NCBI GenBank assembly: GCA_964503885.1
Contig: CAZDCD010000010.1
Coordinates: 83,435 to 147,434 of the forward strand
DNA: 64,000 nt
Source of the DNA: an uncultured Bacteroidales bacterium
Lineage (GTDB): Bacteria; Bacteroidota; Bacteroidia; Bacteroidales; UBA10428
Reading direction: 5' to 3'
Below the pieces are notes generated by a model. It was not told where the DNA came from. It saw only the letters and a list, made by a program, of their open reading frames with translations, and made no database searches. The translations under genes were made by a program, and so were the position numbers. Below, in pieces: positions 1 through 7,503 of this stretch (position 1 is its first letter; each line of letters opens with the position of its first letter).

Positions 1-658
1 GCTCATGCCCTATATCTATTCTCTGGCAGGGGTAACCTTTCTCAACGATTACACCATCATGAGGGCTCTTATCATGGATTTTCCGGCTGACAGAAATGTA
101 TATGGCATACCTGATGAGTTTATGTTCGGACCCTCCCTGCTGGTTTCTCCGGTTTACGAATTCAAAGCCCGAAGCCGTAAAATATATTTTCCTGCAGGTT
201 ATGGATGGTATGATATCTACACAGGGAAATACACAGAAGGTGGCAAAGCTATTGAAGCCCCTGCACCTTATAACAGGATCCCGGTTTATGCCAGGGAAGG
301 ATCAATACTGCTGTTAGGTCCGGATATTCAATACACAGATCAAAAACCAGCCGATACGATCACCCTGATTGTTTATGCCGGCAAAAATGGAGATTTTACG
401 CTGTATGAGGATGATGGTGTAAGCTACGGCTATGAAAAAGGTGAATATACTCAAATCAGGATCAGCTATGATGAGGAAAACAACCGGGTGACCGTAGGCG
501 ATCGCCAGGGCTCTTATCCGGGAATGATCGGAAAGCGATCATTCAGAGTGCTCAGGGTGTCTCCGGAAAAACCGCTTGGAATTGATGACAAGACTCCTGA
601 TTTTACGCTGATTGATTATAACGGAAAAGAAATATCGACGGAGTTGAGTATCGAGTAA
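1..658 (+). CDS. Glycoside hydrolase family 31 (alpha-xylosidase/alpha-glucosidase type), C-terminal ~218 aa; 5' end outside window
   Basis: The frame is open to the window edge, with stop TAA at 656-658. RALIMDFPADRNVYGIPDEFMFGPSLLVSPVYE and the distal beta-sandwich TLIVYAGKNGDFTLYEDDGVSYGYEKGEY are typical of GH31 C-terminal regions. Confidence 0.8.
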   Translation, partial: LMPYIYSLAGVTFLNDYTIMRALIMDFPADRNVYGIPDEFMFGPSLLVSPVYEFKARSRKIYFPAGYGWYDIYTGKYTEGGKAIEAPAPYNRIPVYAREGSILLLGPDIQYTDQKPADTITLIVYAGKNGDFTLYEDDGVSYGYEKGEYTQIRISYDEENNRVTVGDRQGSYPGMIGKRSFRVLRVSPEKPLGIDDKTPDFTLIDYNGKEISTELSIE

Positions 659-1194
659 TCGGTAAGCAGTGATCAGTGATCGGTAAAATTTTAAGCCTTC
701 CTGCCCTGCCTTTGGCAGGTAATCTGAAAGAAAGGGCCATCAGGTTTAGTGAAGGCACGGCAATGACAAATCACGGGTATGAATCCCCAAAGCAAGATCT
801 GGAAACTAATTCCGCAGCTAAGCTACGGGGAACCGATCCCGCCTGGGGCGGGAGAGCTCAGCGCAGCTAATCAGACCCTCCGCCTTCGGCGGGATTATTC
901 CCGTTGGTCATGAGACCACTTCGTTCAGTTATTCGCCACGCAAATGCGTGGCTCATGAGAACGTTTCACTTAGTTGTTCAACTTACCCCCGATAATTATC
1001 GGGGTCAATGCACTGCGTTTTTGAAATTTGAGTTTCACGAATAAACACCAGATGCAAAACTAAATTCTACTGAGATAGTCGACCCGAAATACGAATCTTG
1101 AAACCAGTTTTTGGCGGGCATGCGCGAATTCCGGAACCTTGAACCTGCGTGCACCTAACTGCCGGCAGGCAGGCTTTGAACTATAGTCCTCCTT
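658..1194. repeat. 537-bp convergent intergenic region packed with short GC-rich hairpins, tandem heptads and a 45-nt-period imperfect direct repeat
   Basis: Heptads ATCGGTA AGCAGTG ATCAGTG ATCGGTA (658-685) and GAACCTT GAACCTG (1134-1147). Hairpins or palindromes at 705-719, 838-852, 880-892, 935-952, 987-1004 and 1159-1168. TCATGAGA-led 27-mers at 908-934 and 953-979 are 20/27 identical. Confidence 0.6.
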
Positions 1195-3156
1195 CTACCG
1201 GTCATCTGTTCTGAAAGGCACAGCCGGCAAATTTTCACTATTGTATAAATTCACATCATCGGGATTGTTTGCCCATGCATACCGTACCGATTCCGGATTT
1301 TTTACTTCAGCCGACCAGACTGCTACCTTATCGGGTGCAACAATTTCCGCCCTGGCAAAATAATATGTACCATCGCTTCCTGAAATCTGAAATCCGTTGA
1401 CATAACCGTATTTATTTTTTGCGGTCAATCCCTTTCCACAGTTGGCAAAGGTTACAATAGCCCTGTTATTTTCAATTGAAAGCGACTCATAAGTTGGCCC
1501 GCTAGATAGTATATCTTTGTGGTATGCCTTTTTTAATGCCACAAGGGCCAACCGGTAACCCACATCTTTTTTATTCCTGGGGTGAATGTCCCGGGTATCT
1601 CCGATATCAATTATACAGGCCATGCCGGTATTTGGAACCGTTTCGGCAGTAATTGACTGGGATTCCCTGAGGAACGCCCATGCCTCGTCCCTGGGTGTTG
1701 ATAATGGTTCCTTATAATTCGCCAGTTGCACAAAGAGAAACGGAAAATCACCCTGGTTCCAGTGCATCCTCCAGTCCCGGATCAGCAGGGGAAATAATTC
1801 CCGGTACCTGATGGCATCATTTATGATATTTGCATTCGATTCCCCTTGATACCAGATGACTCCCTTAATGGCATAGGGGATTAAAGGATGGATCATTCCG
1901 TTAAAAAGAAGAGTAGGAAAATCGTTAGGGCCCAATATTCCCGCTTCTTCACTTTGCGGGTTTCGGGGGATCACCAGGTCTTCTTTGGCATACCTCCAGT
2001 CTCCGGATAGTGCAATTGTGGAATTTCCATCGGTGATTATCAGCTCCTGCGGATCACCGTAAATACCGCCTTCTCCGATATAATCTTCAACCCTTACAAC
2101 TATAGTATTTTCGCCAACCCTGAGTAAGCTGTCCTGTAACGTGTAATGCCTGAGCTTCTGGTATTGCATGTAAGTCTGTCCAACCATGTGACCATTGACC
2201 CAAGTAATGTCCGAATCATCGATTTTTCCCACATAAACCGATGCATGATGGATGTCAAAATTTCCGGGTATTATAAATTTCTTTCTGAACCAGACTATTC
2301 CGTCAAAGTTACCGATCTTGCTGTCTTCCCATAATCCGGGCAGTGGTATTACCGGCCATTGTGCATCATCAAACGTTTCCAGGGAATAAGGGTGGGGAGA
2401 ACCGTTTTTTCCCAGCGCTTCATCGAGCAGTTCGTTATACCGGACATGGTTTTCTTTCTCCTGCTCTTTCAACGTTTCCAGGTCAATATTTTTAAGTTTC
2501 GACAACCACTCATCGAGGTAGGTCTCTGTACTGCAAGTTTCGCTGCTGATCCAAGGTTCAATCCGGGTTCCTCCCCAGTTATCACTTATTAATCCGACAG
2601 GAACACCGGTTTCCTTCTGCAGGAATTTGCCAAAGTAGTAGGCAATCGCTGAAAAATCCATCACATGTTCCGGAGTACAGGTAATCCATCCGTTGCCGCT
2701 CATTGTATTTACCGGGGATGATGATACCAGGTGTGGTACGGTTAATAACCTGATCTGAGGATAATTTGCCTTGCTGACCTCTGGTTCACCCTCCACTGTT
2801 TTCCATAAGGGCCATTCCATATTCGACTGGCCGGAACATACCCAAACATCACCGATAAGGATGTTTTGCAGTATAATTTCATTTTTACCCGATATGCGCA
2901 TAGTAAAAGGCCCTCCTTCAGGTTCCGGATTTAATGCAACCATCCATTTTCCTTCTTTATCGGCTTTTATAGTTGTTTTCTGATCTTTAAGAAGAACAGT
3001 GATTTTTTCACCGGCATCGGCCCATCCCCATACGGGTATTTCATTGTTCCGCTGCAATACCATATTGTCACTGAAAATACCCGGTAAGCTTATTTCTGCA
3101 TTTGTTCGTGCAGCAGCGATCACAAGGACTAGCGTTACTATCGATATACATTTCAT
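1195..3156 (-). CDS. Sialate O-acetylesterase-like (SASA/DUF303-type) carbohydrate esterase, secreted
   Basis: 653-aa ORF with signal peptide MKCISIVTLVLVIAAARTNA. The block GDVWVCSGQSNMEW is the hallmark serine block of SASA-type acetylesterases. It sits among glycan-degrading genes. Confidence 0.75.
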   Translation of the reverse strand: MKCISIVTLVLVIAAARTNAEISLPGIFSDNMVLQRNNEIPVWGWADAGEKITVLLKDQKTTIKADKEGKWMVALNPEPEGGPFTMRISGKNEIILQNILIGDVWVCSGQSNMEWPLWKTVEGEPEVSKANYPQIRLLTVPHLVSSSPVNTMSGNGWITCTPEHVMDFSAIAYYFGKFLQKETGVPVGLISDNWGGTRIEPWISSETCSTETYLDEWLSKLKNIDLETLKEQEKENHVRYNELLDEALGKNGSPHPYSLETFDDAQWPVIPLPGLWEDSKIGNFDGIVWFRKKFIIPGNFDIHHASVYVGKIDDSDITWVNGHMVGQTYMQYQKLRHYTLQDSLLRVGENTIVVRVEDYIGEGGIYGDPQELIITDGNSTIALSGDWRYAKEDLVIPRNPQSEEAGILGPNDFPTLLFNGMIHPLIPYAIKGVIWYQGESNANIINDAIRYRELFPLLIRDWRMHWNQGDFPFLFVQLANYKEPLSTPRDEAWAFLRESQSITAETVPNTGMACIIDIGDTRDIHPRNKKDVGYRLALVALKKAYHKDILSSGPTYESLSIENNRAIVTFANCGKGLTAKNKYGYVNGFQISGSDGTYYFARAEIVAPDKVAVWSAEVKNPESVRYAWANNPDDVNLYNSENLPAVPFRTDDR

Positions 3157-3392
3157 AGGTTTATTTCTTTAAATTACTCACAACAATAATTGATTATGGA
3201 ACAAATTAAGTAAAATATTCATATTGAAGCGGTATTGCAGGTCATATTTTTTAGCTGTTGTAGAAATTTTCTGTTTTATTTTTTACCTTCATTCTTTATT
3301 CATGAACAATTGATGCGTAACTATTTTTTAGTTAAGTTTGTGTTAGCTCTTTGGAGATCAATGCATATCATACTACCTTGACCCATATATAG

Positions 3393-3584
3393 CACCATAC
3401 TGAATTGCAACTTATTAAAAGGCTAAAGAAAGGAGATATCCTTGCTTTTAATACCCTTTGTGCTCACTGCAGCAATAAATTATACCAGTTTTCATACAGG
3501 TACCTGAAATCAGAATCCGATGCAGAAGAACTGGTACAGGAAGTTTTTACCCGTGTCTGGGAAAAAAGAAGATGTGATAGGTGA
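3393..3584 (+). pseudogene. ECF sigma-70 factor, N-terminal (region 2) fragment only
   Basis: Frame 3 reads HHTELQLIKRLKKGDILAFNTLCAHCSNKLYQFSYRYLKSESDAEELVQEVFTRVWEKRR then CDR and stop at 3582-3584. There is a TAG at 3390-3392 and no in-frame ATG. The text matches the canonical start of ECF sigma factors, but regions 3-4 are absent. Confidence 0.7.
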
Positions 3585-4164
3585 TAAACATTTTATCGGT
3601 GAACTCATTAACGTATTCTACGATTATAAGATTCTGGGTGTGTGGACACAAGCTGAGTATGATGCCGGATTAACTACCATCGGAACTTATACAGCCAAAC
3701 CCGGTGAGGCAAAAACCCTCGATGCTTCAGGCAGCACCAGGGCAAGTGCACGCGACATTGTGTTAGCCCGCCTTGCAGAAACTTACTTTTTATATGCCGA
3801 AGCATGCTAAGGGTTGAACGATTATCCCAAAGCGTCGAACTATGTACAGAGCGTATTGAACAGGCCCGGCAATGCCAAATTCGGTTCTTTGAGCAATAAT
3901 ATCGGGAGCGCCGCCAGTCAGGCCGAAACACTGAATGAATACCTGAAGGAAAGCGACAGAGAATTTTTGAGCGAGTACAATAGCCGGTGTCCCGAACTTC
4001 GACGTACCAAAATGCCTGGTTTTATGCTCAACACCTATAACTATGATGTCAGGCAACAGGTTGGTCTGGATTTTGAGAATAAATACAATTTGCGACCAAT
4101 TCCTGAAGAAGCTATAATATTAAATGAAGGTATGGATGTTGAAAATCAGAATCCTGGTTATTAG
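3580..4164 (+). pseudogene. SusD/RagB-family lipoprotein, C-terminal ~190 aa relic with an internal stop
   Basis: A single frame reads ...VLARLAETYFLYAEAC, then TAA at 3808-3810, then ...ESDREFLSEYNSRCPELRRTK...YNLRPIPEEAIILNEGMDVENQNPGY. The LYAEA and PIP...QNPGY C-terminal signatures are those of SusD-like proteins. The N-terminal ~350 aa and signal peptide are missing. Confidence 0.75.
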
Positions 4165-4188
4165 AAAAAACAAAGAATAGCGAATGGT

Positions 4189-4230
4189 ATAACCTTCAGG
4201 GACGCTAATTCTAACGCCCCTGAAGGTTAT
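4189..4230 (+). terminator. Strong hairpin 25 nt after the SusD relic stop (13-bp perfect stem)
   Basis: ATAACCTTCAGGG (4189-4201) pairs perfectly with CCCTGAAGGTTAT (4218-4230). No clear T-run follows, so terminator function is only inferred. Confidence 0.4.
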
Positions 4231-4534
4231 GTAATAAAAAACTTTCTGCTTAATAAAAGAAAACATGAAGTTTTTCTTTGATTATAAAATTTCAGAATGC
4301 TCAGGCGCTGTATAACCCTTATTGTTTTAGCAAAACATGACCAAAGCAATATCGTATTTATTTTGGTTTCTTGGCATTAATTTGGATAAGATTCGAAAAT
4401 TTCAAAAAATGAAGGACAGATTCATTTTCATAATATTCTATCTTTACGTGAAAGTTATTTTATAAATAGACAATGCTTTTGTCCTACTTAAATGTTTTGA
4501 TATAAACTTTACCATATTTTCAAGAGGATAGATA

Positions 4535-7390
4535 ATGAGATTTAGGCTAAAAATAATTCTTGTTTTTTTGATTGCTCAACTTCGCTGGGTAAATGGAATT
4601 GAACCCGTCGTGAAGCAGTATTTTAGTCCGGGAGATTTTGAACTCGTGAAAGATGGGGTGGCTGCGATATTATTTTTTGACAGCAGTGACTACAAGGTTA
4701 CAGAAATAGCCATTCATGACCTTGCTAAAGATATCGGGAATGTAACCCTTACGGAATCAACAGTAACTTCTAATCGAAAGCAACTGATTAACAACGTTTT
4801 AATTGCTGGAACAATCGGGCACAATGTCCTCATCGATAAACTCATCAGGGAGGGGAAAATCGATACATCAGGTATCTCGGGTAAATGGGAGACCTTTGCC
4901 TGGCAGGTGGTGGAAAAACCGTTTGAAAATGTTACTTCAGCGCTCATAATTTTCGGAAGTGACAGAAGGGGTACCGCTTATGGCATTTATGAGTTATCTG
5001 AACAGATCGGGGTTTCTCCCTGGTACTGGTGGGCTGACGTTCCTGTAAAACCCATGAAAAATCTGTTCATCAGACCTGTCCGGCACTCGCTTGGCGAACC
5101 TGCCGTAAAATACAGGGGTATATTTATTAATGATGAAATGCCTGCATTGTCAGGGTGGGCATTTGAAAAATTCCACGGGTTTAACCATAAATTTTATGCA
5201 CATGTATTTGAACTTATTCTAAGGCTTAAAGGCAATTATCTTTGGCCTGCCATGTGGGGAAGAATGTTTTATATCGATGACACACTGAATCCTGTATTGG
5301 CTGATGAGTATGCCATTGTTATCGGAACCTCGCATCACGAGCCACTTATGAGGGCACATGAAGAATGGAAGAAATTCGGCAAAGGGCCGTGGAATTATGA
5401 AAAAAACGATTCCGTCCTGAGAGAATACTGGCGCGGAAGCATTAAACGGATGGATTCCTATGAAAGCATCATAACCATTGGTATGAGGGGAGACGGCGAT
5501 ATGCCTATGTCAGAGGAAAGCAACATCTCATTGCTCGAACGCATCGTCTCCGACCAGCGAAAAATACTCAGGGAAGTTACCGGAAAAGATCCTTCTGAAA
5601 TACCCCAGGTATGGGCACTTTATAAGGAAGTGCAGGATTATTACGACCAGGGAATGAGAGTTCCTGATGATGTTACCCTGTTACTCTGTGACGATAACTG
5701 GGGGAATATCAGGAAACTTCCCCGGTTAAATGAAAAACCCAGGAAAGGAGGGTACGGCATTTACTACCATTTTGATTATGTTGGCGGCCCCAGAAATTAT
5801 AAATGGATAAACACAAATCCGATACCCAAGATCTGGGAACAGATGCACCTGGCCTATGAATACGGTGCCAGGCAAATATGGATCGTAAATGTGGGAGACA
5901 TCAAACCCATGGAATTCCCTATCTCTTTTTTTCTTGATTATGCTTGGAATCCTGAGAAAATCCAGGCAAAAGACCTGGGACAGTATACAATTGACTGGGT
6001 ACGTGAACAATTTGGGGATGAATATGCCACAGAAATAGCCGGCATTATAGCAAAGTATGGAAAATTCAACGGAAGATGCAAACCCGAGCTGCTAAGCCCT
6101 GAGACATACAGCCTTATTAACTACCGTGAAGCGGAAACAGTGGTCTCGGATTACGATTCACTTGCAGCAGAAGCGCAGGATATCTATGAAAACCTTCTTC
6201 CGGAATATAAAGATGCTTATTATCAGTTGGTTCTATATCCTGTACTGGCCAGTGCCAACATCAATGATCTTTATGTTACGGTGGGAAAAAATCAGCTGTA
6301 TGCATCACAGGGAAGAGCTGATGCCAACGATCTCGCCGACAAGGCAAAAGAGCTGTTCATGAAAGATGCCGAATTTGCGAATTATTATAATACCGTTATG
6401 GCTGAAGGCAAATGGAACCATATGATGGACCAGACCAATATTGGGTATACCTATTGGCAGCAACCCGAGAAAGATGTTATGCCAGAAGTGATGAGGATAA
6501 AACCTGCCAAAGAAGCGGAAATAGGAATTGCCATTGAAGGTTCGGCTGATACCTGGCCCGGTGATACGAGTGAACCTCTGTTGCCCGCATTTGATCTGTA
6601 TCTTCAGCAGAAATATTGCATGAATATTTTCAACAAGGGTAAAACACCATTCGAATATACCGTTAAGCCGAAGTCTTCATGGGTTCAGACAAGCCTCAAA
6701 AAGGGTATGGTTGAAAAAGATCAGCGTATCTGGATAAACATAGACTGGAGTGGGGCTCCCGAAGGAATTCACCGGATACCGATTGTTATTTCAGGTCAGG
6801 ATAAAGATATTTCTGTATTTGCTGAAGTCCATGACCCGCCTTCACCTGTAAGGGACCAGCTTACGGGTTTTGTTGAAAGCAATGGTTGTATCTCTATCGA
6901 GCCTGAACATTATACAAATGAGGTGCATACACGGGAAGTAGGCTGGCTTAAAATCCCGGATTACGGAAGAACATTGTCTGCAATGACTCCCTTTCCTGTA
7001 ACTGCACCGAGCCAGGAGCCGGGAGGAAACAGTCCCAGGCTGGAATATATCATTCATGTTTTCGATACAGGTAAGGTGGCAGTTATAACCTATTTGTCCC
7101 CGACACTGAATTTTCATAATGACCAGGGACTTCGATATGCTGTTTCTGTAGATAATGAAACGCCCCAAACTGTATTTATCCATAAGAATTTTACATTCCA
7201 GGACTGGGAAGAAGCTGTAAGAACCAATTCTATTGTTAAAAGATCTATACACACTATCGACCAACCCGGTGAACATATGTTGAAGATCTGGATGATCGAT
7301 CCGGCCGTGGTATTTCAGAAGATCGTACTGGACCTCGGCGGATTAAAGCCCAGCTATCTCGGGCCGCCGGAGAGCTATCACAGGCAATAA
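4535..7390 (+). CDS. Glycoside hydrolase family 115 (xylan alpha-1,2-glucuronidase type)
   Basis: 951 aa with an N-terminal signal. DRRGTAYGIYELSEQIGVSPWYWWADVPV and the overall length match my recollection of GH115 enzymes. Confidence 0.75.
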   Translation: MRFRLKIILVFLIAQLRWVNGIEPVVKQYFSPGDFELVKDGVAAILFFDSSDYKVTEIAIHDLAKDIGNVTLTESTVTSNRKQLINNVLIAGTIGHNVLIDKLIREGKIDTSGISGKWETFAWQVVEKPFENVTSALIIFGSDRRGTAYGIYELSEQIGVSPWYWWADVPVKPMKNLFIRPVRHSLGEPAVKYRGIFINDEMPALSGWAFEKFHGFNHKFYAHVFELILRLKGNYLWPAMWGRMFYIDDTLNPVLADEYAIVIGTSHHEPLMRAHEEWKKFGKGPWNYEKNDSVLREYWRGSIKRMDSYESIITIGMRGDGDMPMSEESNISLLERIVSDQRKILREVTGKDPSEIPQVWALYKEVQDYYDQGMRVPDDVTLLLCDDNWGNIRKLPRLNEKPRKGGYGIYYHFDYVGGPRNYKWINTNPIPKIWEQMHLAYEYGARQIWIVNVGDIKPMEFPISFFLDYAWNPEKIQAKDLGQYTIDWVREQFGDEYATEIAGIIAKYGKFNGRCKPELLSPETYSLINYREAETVVSDYDSLAAEAQDIYENLLPEYKDAYYQLVLYPVLASANINDLYVTVGKNQLYASQGRADANDLADKAKELFMKDAEFANYYNTVMAEGKWNHMMDQTNIGYTYWQQPEKDVMPEVMRIKPAKEAEIGIAIEGSADTWPGDTSEPLLPAFDLYLQQKYCMNIFNKGKTPFEYTVKPKSSWVQTSLKKGMVEKDQRIWINIDWSGAPEGIHRIPIVISGQDKDISVFAEVHDPPSPVRDQLTGFVESNGCISIEPEHYTNEVHTREVGWLKIPDYGRTLSAMTPFPVTAPSQEPGGNSPRLEYIIHVFDTGKVAVITYLSPTLNFHNDQGLRYAVSVDNETPQTVFIHKNFTFQDWEEAVRTNSIVKRSIHTIDQPGEHMLKIWMIDPAVVFQKIVLDLGGLKPSYLGPPESYHRQ

Positions 7391-7503
7391 AAACTGAACT
7401 ATGAACCCTGTTTTTATTTGTTTCCGCTGTATCAACCGGTTTCTTTCAATGGCTGTTTTCGGACAAATTGCTGATTTGTTTCATAATGCATAATATAGTG
7501 AGT

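Noticed and set aside
770-830. tRNA/tmRNA-like hints: GGGTATGAATCCCC resembles a T-loop, and GAAACTAATTCCGCAGCTAAG resembles the Bacteroidota tmRNA tag region (GAAACTAATTACGCTCTTGCTGCTTAA as I recall it)
   Set aside because: There is no acceptor stem, no CCA-proximal arm and no in-frame stop after the Ala codons. The T-stem would be only 3 bp and the element order is wrong for a one-piece tmRNA. Probably chance similarity; a cmscan would settle it.
676-870. 64-aa ORF (MIGKILSLPALPLAGNLKER...) in the hairpin-rich intergenic region
   Set aside because: It starts at a non-ATG codon and its sequence is dictated by GC hairpins and heptads. It has no recognisable motif or signal. More likely non-coding.
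838-1004. Possible CRISPR-like array because of regularly spaced hairpins
   Set aside because: The hairpins differ in sequence while the linkers are the similar part. Only about 3 units are present with a 45-55-nt period. No cas genes are in the window.
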